Positions 31,631 to 43,093 of a DNA stretch of 64,000 nucleotides are shown piece by piece. The first letter of the stretch is position 1. The number at the start of each line of letters is the position of its first letter. Made by a program: the position numbers and the translations under genes. The stretch lies in the NCBI GenBank assembly GCA_004431415.1, contig QPMI01000102.1, positions 124,001 to 188,000 on the forward strand, given 5' to 3'. The DNA is from Cyanophora paradoxa CCMP329. Its lineage: Eukaryota > Plantae > Glaucophyta. The notes below the pieces were generated by a model that was not told the origin of the DNA, ran no database searches, and worked only from the letters and a program-made list of their open reading frames with translations.

Positions 31631-33250
31631 TTGCTCAAACATACCGCCCATCTCCGCGCTGTCGCTTATGCGATCATGAGAATTGCGGGCACAGCCGACA
31701 CTACGGATAGCTTGGAAGAGACGCTGCGTCACGCATCTGTCCTCGAGCTGCTGGGCCTTGATGCACAACAAGCAATAACCCTGACGACTTCACGGCAAGG
31801 AATATTGCCTTGGCTCTTCGACGTCATGATCTCGTACGGCCGAAGCATGCGGGCACAATTCCCTACTTACTTCGAACCGCACGGGGACTACTATGCGCCT
31901 TTCCCCACTCTCGCCGACGCGCTGACGGTCCGCATGACGGCACTGGAACGCTTAATCCTCGAGTCGCACCTGCCGCCGCCCTTCGACGACGAATTCGCGC
32001 CTTACCCCACGGCGACACCTCCAGCGCTCGATCGAGACATCGCCCTCGAGATGCGGGTGACAGCCCTGGCCAACGCAATTCACATTGCAGCGGCTGGAGC
32101 ACGCATCTACTTCCACTCGAAGCCTCGGGAGTTGGAACGGCATCACTCATGGCGCAGCCCTTGGCTTCGCTGTTCGGATCCGTTCTCGGCAAAGCCAAAT
32201 AGGCTGCTGTGGCCGACAAGCCCAGACTTCTACTTCACAATGGGAGTCGAAATGGTGGAGTACATCACGCGCGTGCTCAACCTGCCCTTCGGAGGCCACT
32301 TCGCGAATAGCCCCAACAGCTGGCTGGCTACCGTCGACCGGTACCTTGACCGGACACAGACGCCCCCGGAACAGGGGACCTTGGACGTTCCCCGGAAGCC
32401 CTTCGAGCTCCACGGTGTATTACTCGACGAGTACAAACTAGCGGTGATTGAATGTAACGAGCGACGCCTCGACTACTCCGAAGACCCGCTTTCTCCACTC
32501 TGGAGAGGTCTTCAGGCGTTCCGGACCGGTGCCGAGAACTCCGGCAACGTGTTCGTGACCCATCTCTCCGCGAGGACAGCCTTAGGGCGTGCCCGCGAGC
32601 TCGGCGACGTAGCAGCATTCCGACAGGCCCTGCGGCTCCATCTGGACCGTTACCCGGAGAGAGTACATGAGCGCGTCGGTGCTCGTAGCTACCCGAGCAG
32701 CTTCGAGCTCAGCCGTGTGGAACCGGGACCTGACCTGCAACTGTCACTGGTTGAAGGCTACCCTGAGGGCCCGTACACCATCCGTATTCAACATCAGGAG
32801 GCGGTACTCCTCTCCAACCCCACGTTGTGGCACGCCACTGTTCTCGACGCATTGTATTGGGCGTTGAAGCGTAAATACAACGGGGACAAATGGACGGATG
32901 CGGAGGATTGGCAGGCTCAGTGCCTGGCATACGGAATGACAAACCGCCTTCGACTGATCGACTCCCAGCCGAACACCCTAGTCCGGCTCTCCCTCGTCCG
33001 GGCGATCATGTACGGGGCCGACAAGATTCTCGGAATTTTCCAGTACTGGAACAAGTCGAAGGAGAACCTACTTGCGGATCTTACACCCTGCGTACCGAAC
33101 GATTACGTGAATCCAAGCACGGCAACCATCGACATTATGCAGGCGTACAACGTCCCATTTCCCCCGATCGCTGGGGCTGAGGACACCACTCCCGGGATCG
33201 TCCAGAGTTGGGGCTTGGGGGTCGGCCGAGGTCGCCCTGAACGGGGGTGA
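31631..33250 (+). CDS. Antisense ORF (539 aa) of unknown function inside the LTR element
   Basis: Long complex ORF rich in W/Y/L; frame open from about 31475; the minus strand here has only short ORFs. Confidence 0.75.
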   Translation: MLKHTAHLRAVAYAIMRIAGTADTTDSLEETLRHASVLELLGLDAQQAITLTTSRQGILPWLFDVMISYGRSMRAQFPTYFEPHGDYYAPFPTLADALTVRMTALERLILESHLPPPFDDEFAPYPTATPPALDRDIALEMRVTALANAIHIAAAGARIYFHSKPRELERHHSWRSPWLRCSDPFSAKPNRLLWPTSPDFYFTMGVEMVEYITRVLNLPFGGHFANSPNSWLATVDRYLDRTQTPPEQGTLDVPRKPFELHGVLLDEYKLAVIECNERRLDYSEDPLSPLWRGLQAFRTGAENSGNVFVTHLSARTALGRARELGDVAAFRQALRLHLDRYPERVHERVGARSYPSSFELSRVEPGPDLQLSLVEGYPEGPYTIRIQHQEAVLLSNPTLWHATVLDALYWALKRKYNGDKWTDAEDWQAQCLAYGMTNRLRLIDSQPNTLVRLSLVRAIMYGADKILGIFQYWNKSKENLLADLTPCVPNDYVNPSTATIDIMQAYNVPFPPIAGAEDTTPGIVQSWGLGVGRGRPERG

Positions 33251-36200
33251 AGGTGTCCGTTCCGGGGTCTCAGATGACGACGTCGGTGGTGTATCTTCCA
33301 TCTTGTTCGCGATGGTCTGTACCCGGACTTGTCGTGGCTTGTATTTCCGCGTAGCGCTCGAGGCGGTCCTGTTCGCTTCGCGTCCCCGTGCTCGAGCGTA
33401 ACCAGTAAGCGCCGCCGCCATGTAAGGACCTTTGCCCTCACCCAAGGCGTAATCGGCGTCGTACGCCGTGTTCACGCTCGCCGTCAGATCCACGGATCCA
33501 GGCGCCGTTCGGGGTTTGGTTCCAGCTGGTCGTTGAGGCGCTCGGCTCGGGCGTCGTTCCCGCTCGTACATAAGATCGATAAAGTTACGCTTGTCGTCGT
33601 CAGTCGGGTATGTCCATGAGGGGGCCAGGTTGTACTGGTCTCCAGCTGGGCTGCAATGAAGTCATATGACTCAGGGATGATCTTCATGGCTTCCTTATAC
33701 TTCCGCTGCTCGTCCGGGTCGTAAATTCGGCGCAAGATGGCTGTGACTCGGATTGGATTGAAATACTCGTAGGCGGATCCGTGCTCGCCGATGCCGAAGT
33801 AAGGAATGGTGCAGCCACGGCTGTCTACCACTCCGGCCTCGTGAGACTGGTACGAGATGACCGTCGTTGGCTTCAACAGCCGCGGGGGATTGCGAGCTTC
33901 CTCAGGCCAGTGCTGCTGTGGTTGCGTCGTGAGGCTGACCAATGGGCCGTGAGCCGGTGTCGGGGGTGCGCTGCGCGTGTCCCCGGTCCTGGTTGGAGTT
34001 CGAGTTGCCGTGCGTAGGGTCCCGTAGTTGAACCGCTGGTTGGGTCGCGTGCTGGACCATTCTGTGTTGGCGTGGACTCTGTACGCACGTACGTCGAACG
34101 GCTCCATGTTAAGGTTGATGAAGCGGTCGTAAACATTGGCATAGCCATGCTTGCAGGCGAGCTGGCTCTCGGGCCACCAAGCGAGCGCTTCCATGATGAT
34201 TGCATTGAACGTCTCCTCGGCTCGAGTTGTTACTCTCCGGTCCAAGGGGCCGTCCGGGCCCACAGGCGTCGGATGGGGTACAAGCCTGTCACCTCGGCGT
34301 CTGGGTAGTTGCAATAAGACACGAGTGGGTACTTGCCACACGTCCCACAGTTCATAGTCATCTCGACGCGAGTGCTGGTGAACTGTCCGTCGGGGTTGTA
34401 AAGGTGCCGTCGGTAAAATAACATGTTCAGCTGTTGGCAGTGGTGGTGACATGTGGCTGCGTGCCCTTGTGATGGCGCCGTTCGGGCGACTGGCGTTGCC
34501 GGGCATGGTCCGGGAAAGCCAACCGCCTCGCAGCGGATGTAGATTTGCTGGGCGCCAGGGCTCACAAAGACGCTGTTCACCGTCTGTTTGGTAAAGAAGC
34601 TATCGCCTCCAAACATGTTATAGTCACCATTGCTTCCGGCCCGGAATCGCTGCCGCAGGATGCTGACAGCGTCCGTGGTCAGGCATTTAGCTTGGCTTCG
34701 CATGTAGCTCATGGAAGGTTTCGCGTTGCGACTCCGGTTCCGAGTTGCGAGCATCCATTTGACAGAGGAGTTCGTCGGCTCTGGCACGAGCGAGTTCCGT
34801 GGGTACGTTTCCAGATAAGCGTCAAGAACTGCTTGAGCTATCGTGGGGTACGTCGTGGGGGGCATCATGGTGACGATCCATGTGAGTGCCGCCGTTGGGC
34901 TGCAGTTGTAGAGTTCCCAAAGATCAACGTTTTCTCGCCGTGTGCGATTATGTACTGATTCGGCCCATCCTCGTATCAGTGATACTTGTTCTGAAGTCCA
35001 TTGGGTACCGCGGTCCAATGGCATTTCAAGTGATGTCGGAGGAGGCTGGGCTACCCCGTCAGCTATTGCTGGTGTGGGTGTCGAGTGTGGTGGAGGCGGG
35101 ACATGTACTGCGCCGGCCGTGGTCGGGGCAGGTACTGAGTCTCGCGCAGTAGGGACGGTGATCGCGCCGGCCGTGGCCGGGGCGGGTGTAATATCTCGTG
35201 TCGTAGGAACTGGTACTGCGCCGGCCGTGGCCGGGGCAAGTGTTCGTTCCAAGTTGTAGTTGTCGGATGGTCGGTCCCGCCGTGTCCAATTCACGGCCTG
35301 CTGCCATGCACCAGTGTTGATTGCATTGGCCGTCCGCTTCGCCCACTCATTGAGCAGTATGAGGTCAGCGGAGGTTGTGCGCCTGAGGATTGTAGCCCGG
35401 ATAGCTGTCGTCAAATTAAGTCGATCTGTCAAGTCTGGGGGTTGCTGGACTGGATGTTCAGCTAACGTATCCCAGTGTTCGTGATCACGGTCACCACTGA
35501 GGGGTCGAGCGTCCGGTACGCAAGGTCGATCCATGTCAGTTCCCGCAACTGGGTTGCCGTTCCAGAATGCTTGCACTGCCGTGCGTTTAAGTAGTGTGAT
35601 GTACTGAGGTCGGCCCGTGGCTGCGTTGGCTGGGTGGGCCTGGCCCAAGCTGCGAAGTGAATCCACAAGCGTCGTGAGATGCAAGTGGAGTGCACGGTCC
35701 GCCGGTCCGTTCGAAGGCTGCCGACTCTGACCGTGAATCTCGCGCGGTTCCAGTGCTCCGGCTGCCGACTGCTGGATTGTTATCGGCTTGCACCGGTCAC
35801 AGCACTCGTGAATGAAAGTTGTCTCGCCGCCAACGTCACCGTGAGGCTCGTACTGAACCACGTCTGGGAATGTGGAAAGGTCGTTCTCCCCAGCCGTTTC
35901 CGCTAACGGGTGGTGTTGGCGTTGAGGTGCAGCTAATTTGTTGACGTTGTAGTCAAGAGCGTGGTGAAAGATGGGCCGTACATGTTCGTGAGGGATAGGG
36001 TACCGATGAAGCATCGTTACGTCATCGACGTCGGTACTGCCGTTCTGCAGTGCCTGCTCTCTTGCACCCGCTGCTGTCGCACACAGTCCCGCACCCTTGT
36101 GTCCGAAGAGTATGGTAATGTGCTTCAGTTGGGGGCAATAGAGGACAGCGTCGATGAACGCCTGTCGGAAGTCGCAGCCAGGGAAGCCATGTGTGAACCA

Positions 36201-39164
36201 TGCACTTCCGGGCACTTCGCGAAAGTAGACGGGGTTTGCGAGGCGTCGTCTGTGCATGTAGCCCAGTACTTCTCGTAGGTACGTCGTGAGCGGCCCTACG
36301 TACTCAGCGATACATTCGGCCGGCTCCACGATCTGGTTCACCGTAGGCGAGATGACCGGTGTTGCGTGCTCCACTACCGGCTTCTGCGCCGTCGAGGCAA
36401 CGGGTGGCTGGCCGTCATGAGCCTTTGCCGTCGAGACGTTTGTGGTCTTGCCCCCTTTGCTGGTAAGTGCCGCCTTCGTTGCCGCGATCTCGAGACCGAG
36501 GTTGGCGGCCCGCGCCGTAACGTCCTGCAGCGTCTTTACCAGAGGCCCTTGGAGGTGTTCAGCGCACGTGTCCGTGTTCCAGCAGGTCTTTGTCGCGTTC
36601 TTGTCGACTTCGATCCGCCGTACTGGGATTGCCGCGGCTTGTGTAATTGCAGAGATACGTTCCCGAATGAAGCCAAATTTGGTTGTATACTTGTTGCTCT
36701 TGGGGCGGGTTGGGGTGGCAGCTCGCGCTCCAAGGTTGGCCATTTTAGCCAGTGCTCTGTTGACCTTGTCGAGGACGGTCGATGTCACTGCCGACACTCG
36801 TACTTCTTCTCGCTGCAAGTCGTATAGAGCTTGTGTTACGTTAACAGGTCTGGGCTGGAAGTGTGGTTTAGTAGCCCGCGTTCTAGCTTCTTGCACCAGT
36901 TCTGCGATTTGCTGTTCCGTAGGCGTGGAGGTAGGTGCTGGCGCCGACGTCGTGGTCGGGGCTGGCACTTCTCCCATTGGAACTGGCTGTGCGACGTGTA
37001 CCGGCACAGTTTGCAAGACTGGTGTCTCCACTGGGTTCGTCGGCGCCGGCATCGTGGCCGGGGCCTGCGTTGCAGTGGTTGGCACTGTCGGCGTGTGTAA
37101 TGAAGCCGTAGTTCCAGGTGGGCCCACGGGCGCCGGCGTCGTGGCCGGGGTCTGTGGTACACCTGTTGTGAGGGGCGTAGTGGTGTCAGACGGGCACGTA
37201 GGCGCCGGCGTCGTGGCCGGGGTCTTTGGTGCGTCCGTCGTCGTTGTAGGATTGTCATTGGCAGTGATGCCGAGGGGGGGGCGCGATGAAGGTCCTCCAC
37301 CACCGCTGCGACCGCCGCCTCGTCCGCCACCTCGTCCACCGCGGCCACCACGGTCACCGCGACCCCAGGGGTAGGTGTCCTTATTACCGCCTCCTGCGCC
37401 GCCACCGCCGTCACGGTTGCCGTTCCGGGGGCAGTTTGCTTGGAGGTGTTCAGTTGAGTTACAAAGTCGGCACTTCTTGGGTTGAGTGCATTCCGATTGG
37501 CGATGTCCGTAACCTTGACAGTTAAAGCATTGGAGGTTCGACGTCGGGTTAGCCGCTGCATTTTGCGTGGGCTGCGTCGGCGCCGTCTGTCCGTTTGAGC
37601 CAGTGGGAATCTTGCAGGTTTCTGCCGCCATTCGTACAATTGGGTTGTTGTCGCCGCTCTGGATCATCTCCAGTAGCTTATACCGGTAGTCATGCCGTGG
37701 GCATTCCAGGTAATCGTCAGCGTAATGGTGGCGTTCGGCCGGCGGTAAATTGTCAGGGCACCGCCAGCAGTAGAAGTCGTGGTTGGTACCGCGGTGTTTA
37801 GGCTTCTCTGCTCGGTGGTAACCTTCCCGTTGTTTAATTGCAGTAATCTTCTCAACGCGCGGGTAATTGTAATTGGGTTTCCCCGTCTGCTTCTTGTCGT
37901 TGGCCGGTGCAGGTATAGCTGCCGTGTATGCCGAGTTCGGGTTCGGTTGTCCGGAGCTTGGATGAGTGTAAACCGCGGACGCCCCGAGGGGTGCCCGGCT
38001 TGAACTCTTCCTACGCTTCGAATGTCCCGAGCTGGAGTCAGAGCCGTCAGAGTCGTCTGAGCTCTGCGATTGCCGTCGTGCACGTTGCTCCCGTCGTTGT
38101 TCCCGGCGCTGTTCCCGCTCGACTCGAGAGATCTTCTTGGAAGACTTAGCCTCCCAGTCGATGCCGAGCGGACCTCGACGAAGAGGCCAGGTGGTATAGC
38201 GGCGAAGGCGTCGGTCATGAAAGAAGCAAGCTTCATTTCCCTGAAGTCTGCTGAAGCGTCGTCCTCGGGTTCGTGTTCGAGGGCGATCCGCTTCAATTCA
38301 GGTATCTTGTCGCGGGCGTTCAGGAAGTTACGGTACCGGTTGTGACCCTCCTGGGTGTTCATGTTGGTGTAAGATCCCCACTGTGCCCAGCGCGTCGGTT
38401 GATCTGGCTCTCCAGCGTCTTCACAATGTCGATGGGCTTCATCTTCTGTCCGTCTGGGAGGAGGGTCGAGGATGGGAGTAAGTCGTGTACGGCCTTCAGC
38501 GCGTCGGGTAAAGGACTGCCGTCGTAAGGTGACTTGAGGCGCGTGTCCAAGGCCTCACTCTCCTCGGGGCTAATCTTGCTGATGAGGAATCGCATGTATG
38601 AGGGGAGGCCCTTGATCGTGCCAGGTTGATCGAGCGCGGCTTCAGCGCTCTCAAGTTCGGCGTTGGCCTTCTTAAGGCGTTCCAGTAACCGCTGCCCGTT
38701 GAAGCTCTGCCTCTCCGTCTTGCTCATGGCCAAGATGCGCTTGCCGAGCTCCTGGCATCTCTCGTCGGCCGCCTCCTTGGCGTTGACCTTGACAGCGGTG
38801 CCTTGCACAAGGGTCGATACGATGGACCTGAGGCCTGCCGACAGGGCTTGCAGTAGAACAAGGAGGAGGGCGAGGCTCTTCTGAGAGCCGTCGTTCTCGG
38901 TCGAGTACTTCTTGGGGTCCGATGCAGCAATGGCGCGGCCGTCGTTGATATGAGTAATGACGCCCTCAGGTTTGAGGGGCTGGCCGGGGCTGGTGGCGAT
39001 GAGCCCTCCGCAATCTTCACGCGCGTCGGGGGCTCTGCGTCGACTCCGCCGCGTAGCTGCGAGGACTCCGCACGGTTGGTCGCCGCAATCTCAGCCGAGT
39101 CGCCGTACGCGTGCGTCGGCACCGGGTTCCGGATGCGGGAGCCGCCGTGCTCGTCGCGGTTCAT
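33068..39164 (-). CDS. gag: Gag-like polyprotein (about 2,000 codons after joining six frames) with CCHC knuckles and a long C-terminal extension
   Basis: CFNCQGYGHRQSEC and CRLCNSTEHLQANC (about 37430-37530), an RGG tract and Pro/Thr repeats. Starts MNRDEHGG at 39164. Consecutive ORFs join by -1 shifts. Confidence 0.75.
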
Positions 39165-39216
39165 GTTGACGTTGATGGTCTCTGAGTGATTTCGAAGACC
39201 GTCGGTGAACGGAGCG

Positions 39217-39685
39217 CAGCCGCTGCGTGAGCGGGTGTGATCTGAAGTAAGATGTACGGTGGTGATGGTCCTGAGAGCTGAGGTGCTCCGTAGACCGGCG
39301 ACGAAGTCGAGGATGATCTTCTGAGCGGGGTGCTCTGAAGATCGACGACGCACAGATCTCAGCCGCTACGTGAGCGGGTGTGATCTGTAAAAATAGATGA
39401 CGGGGTGGATGATCTTCTGAGCTGAGGTGCTCTGAAGATCGACGACGCACAGATCTCAGCCGCTACGTGAGCGGGTGTGATCTGTAAAAATAGATGACGG
39501 GGTGGATGATCTTCTGAGCTGAGGTGCTCTGAAGATCGACGACGCACAGATCTCAGCCGCTACGTGAGCGGGTGCGATCCGTACAAGTTGACGAGGGGGT
39601 TGACGGTGACCTTCTGAGCGGGGTGCTCTGAAGATCGACGTACAGATTTCAGCCGCTACGTGAGCGGGTGCGATCCGTACAGGTT
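39217..39685. repeat. About 4-5 tandem copies of a 96-97-bp unit in the 5' leader of the LTR element
   Basis: AGCCGCTACGTGAGCGGGTG recurs at 39361, 39458, 39555 and 39651, with a diverged copy near 39218. Confidence 0.92.
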
Positions 39686-40314
39686 GCTCGTTTACGTCCT
39701 GCGTGTCACGTACGCGGCGTATGCCGGTGTGTCCGTAACGTACCGCGTCGCGATCGCGGCCGCCGTGTGGCCGACTACGAGGGCGAGGGCAGTCGAGCAG
39801 TCACTGCGTGTCGTTGGCCGAGCTGCTGACAGTGTTGTCAACAGCTGCGGAGCTCTCAGCGCGCGTGCACGAGCACGACGATCGCGACGAGAGTACGACA
39901 CGACAGCGACAGCAACGTGCAGTGCAGATCGCGCACCGATACACGTTGCCCTTTAGGCGTAACGAGCCGCAAGTCACGGGTCGCTACACGTAAAGGTCGA
40001 GTGATTTCGCCTCACTCTCTCCTGCACTGGGGCAGCGAGCCGCAAGACACGGGTCACTGCCTGCAGCGAGTGTTCGTTCCCGCACGTGTCCTGCGTAGAG
40101 CAAGGCACGCCGCGCGACAAGTTTGGCGAAGGGACAAGGAAGTCAGCTCCGTCAGTTAGGTCGTGCTCCGGCCGGTCGGCGCGTCCAGCGGGCACGCGGT
40201 CGTGTAGTCTAGCACGTCCGTCGAGGGTGACGCACTCTCCTCCCGCGGGTTCACGCCGGGTGGCGGCGGGTCGTTGTCGAACCGCCGTCAGGCCAGCGAT
40301 CGTCCCGGCGAGGG

Positions 40315-40615
40315 TCAAATAGGCTTAGTTAGTGTCCCAATGTGATCCCAGCCCCATGCCTAGGCAGCAGGCGCGCAGGCGTAGCACGAACGGGTCGCAG
40401 CTGGGCTTCTTACAGGACTGAGGGGGTATCGAACAACGTAGGGGGGGGTACCGAATCTGTCTACGAACCGGCAACGCCGGAGGAGTCCTAGGCACTGCGG
40501 AGGTACCGGCAAGTCTATGAGCTATTGAGAAGTGCTACAGCCTCAGCCCGCGCACTAGCACTATACTACAGAGTGGCTCGAAGGCCTGAATGCAAGCTAA
40601 ACTACAGTGGCAACA
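40315..40615 (-). repeat. 5' LTR (301 bp)
   Basis: Minus strand TGTTGCCAC...CCTATTTGA; followed on the plus strand by GGATT. Confidence 0.96.
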
Positions 40616-40678
40616 GGATTTTATTAATTGCAAAGAGATAAATACGTAGCTATAGACAGAGCAATCAATATATAGAGT

Positions 40679-42058
40679 TCAAAGTCGCACATGTCCATGT
40701 ACATCGTTGAACGTCGCACTTAAGCTTTTCTGCGGTTTTGCCTCCTCCGGATTCGTGCTCAATTGCATTTGCGTATGCTCGCGTTCATAATGCGATGTTG
40801 ATAAGCATAAGGCCGTAGATGCCTCGCAACCGTTTGAGCGCTCCGCATCTGCAGCTGACGCCTCGAGCTCCGGATCCGGATCCTGGCAGAGAACTCATTA
40901 AACATGTCGAACTTCAAAGGATGCAAAATTCGCGAACCTGCCGGTTATTATTGTACGCGAAGTCACGGGGGAAGGGCGGCGTCCAAGGGCAGGAGCCCCC
41001 GCGCAGGCCGAGCGGCTCGAGAATCGGGCGGGGCACGAAGTACTGAAGCACGTAGAGGCGGCCGATGTCAAAGTGGGAGAGGCGAGGCGTCTCCTGTCGT
41101 TGGGTCCTGGATGTGCTCGGCACGAATGGCGGCAGAGCGGAGACGCGACGGGACTCCCGATCCACGTTAATCAGCTGCACCTCCATCTGCAAAGCATACG
41201 CAGCGGCCCAGAAAGTCTCCACTAGAGGTCCGTCAGCACGCAGAAAAACGAGATCCAGATCGAGCTATAAACTTGAAAGAAACTCGGCGCAGGATTTATA
41301 ATTAAATGCGCACCGGTGCTTTCATTGATTTCTGGGTGTGTGTAAACGCGCCGCGGGGGTAGTCGCATAATGAGCCGCTGTAACGTGTCAAGCACAGCCT
41401 TTTCGTAGAAGTTATCATCCTCAAGGCGCGTCCGGTTCAGACGGTATCCCGCTTCCGCAAACGTCCACTCGTCGGCGACTTCGAGCACCTGAAGAAACCG
41501 ATTCCACGTAGGCCTCCAGTCGTCGACGTCCGTATTCAGGTCCAAGAGCTCCTGACTGAGAAACTGGAATGTGAATTTGCGATCGAAGCGCGTCGACGTT
41601 AATTATATAATGAACAACGTTCAAGCTTAAGCGTACTACGGTAAGGCGCACAAGGGCCGAATGCGAATGAAGTGCCTCTGGAGGGCGCGCGCGCCTTCCT
41701 CGTCCGCGAAGTCAGAGAGAAGATAGGGCGGCTCAGGCCCGAGGAACTCGCGTTCCGTGGAGCGCCGCCGCAAGTGGAGGCGGCGCTGCTCCTCGGTGAG
41801 GCTGCTCACGACGCCTTCGAGCTTGGTAGGCGTCCCGTCGCCGCTGGGGCTGCGCATGCGCGTCTGGGCGAGCCACGCCATGTCCTTCGCGCTGGGTTTG
41901 ATATTGCCTTCCGGCCACGGCATGCGGGGCCCTTGGCACTCGAGCTCGATACTGGGCTGCAGCTGGTCCGCCGCGGCGCTGGCGGGGTGCCCGCTGGCTG
42001 CAATAAAAGTCGCCAGTGCAAGCCCCAAGATAAATTTTGCAAGCCACTGCGAAGCCAT
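40679..42058 (-). CDS. Hypothetical secreted protein (spliced)
   Basis: Signal-peptide-like MASQWLAKFILGLALATFIAASGHPASA, then same-strand exon-like ORFs (41222-41545, 40914-41222) with GT/AG-bounded gaps. No family recognised. Confidence 0.5.
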
Positions 42059-42370
42059 GAGACCGACTGCGAAGCCTGAAGCTGAATATTAAATATTGGC
42101 GCGGATAGGAATTTCGACGAGAGAAATCCAGGTGATGTGCAGACCTCGCAATGCACGCATTCGATTTCCTCCACCTGCAGCTGCTTACGCATGCGATCAG
42201 CATGGGAATTTGAGTGCAATAGCGGGTCGATCCGCGCAATGCGCGCGATCGCGACGTACCGCTATCGCGATCGATGCGCTCTCGGTCGCGGGCGCTCGCG
42301 CGCGGCGCGTCAGCGCTTGAGCTCGACAGCTCTTGCAGTATTGGAATGCGCTCCGAGGTTCTTAAAAAAT

Positions 42371-42860
42371 TGCCTGCTTTGGAGCTTGTTTGATATAATC
42401 TTCTTCTGCTTAATTAATATTAGCTCTTCGAATTCTAGCCTACGTATATACGCGATAACGACTAGATCTCCTCAAGATCCATGCAAGATCCTTCAATTCG
42501 ACCCGATCCCCTCTTCGGGAAACTCCCGGTCCGGTTCCCCCCCTTGAAACTTCCTTGAGCTCTCTCCTCTCGACCCTTGCGATTTAGCTGCGAATGCGCT
42601 CGAGCTCTAGCTTGCTTGCCTTGAGCTTGTTCTATATACCCTTCTTCAAGGCTTCTGCTTTATTAATATTAGCTCTTCTAGCCTCGCGGATCCTCCTATA
42701 TATATATGGTCTGCTGGCAGCGTTTAATTCGCGGATCCTCCTTCAATTCCGATCCTCCTTCAGTTCCTCAATTTCCGGGTCCCCCCGCCCCCCCCCCCTC
42801 CCCCTCCCCCCCTTGAAACCTCCTCGAGCTCTCTCCTCTCGCCCCCTTGCGATTTACCTT
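42371..42860. repeat. Degenerate tandem duplication (about 240-260-bp unit) in intergenic DNA
   Basis: GAGCTTGTT...TTAATATTAGCTCTTC...CCTTGAAAC...GAGCTCTCTCCTCTCG...CTTGCGATTTA occurs twice. Confidence 0.7.
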
Positions 42861-43093
42861 GCTCTCCGTCCGGATTCGGGAGGCTTTCGTGCTCAATTGC
42901 CCTTCGATTTCCCGATCTAATTATTTTTTGTTGTCTAAGCCACTGGGCCAGTTGTTGCGCGCGCACGTCACGACCTCACACGGCGTGATTATCACGTTTA
43001 ATTTCGCGATGTGCACATATCAAGAAAAAAAGGTCTACGTGCACATACGCTGCGCTCAATGAATGGCTTCGAAAGAAAGAGCCGCGATCATGA

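Larger units (their letters stand above)
21211..40615 (-). mobile_element. Giant (19.4 kb) Ty3/Gypsy LTR retrotransposon with extra ORFs
   Basis: Two 301-bp LTRs, flanking GGAT (or GGATT) target duplication, PPT, and domain order gag-CCHC...PR-RT-RH-IN on the minus strand. Confidence 0.96.

Noticed and set aside
37664-38362. ATGA stop/start overlaps at 38359-38362 and 37664-37667 suggesting operon-like translational coupling
   Set aside because: The downstream frames are already open and protein-like upstream of those ATGs (about 170 codons for 37667), so -1 frameshifts explain the junctions better.
40300-40317. TGACCC at the LTR end as a tRNA-Trp-like primer-binding site
   Set aside because: Match is short, lacks the TGG complement of CCA and overlaps the LTR; cannot be supported without host tRNA sequences.
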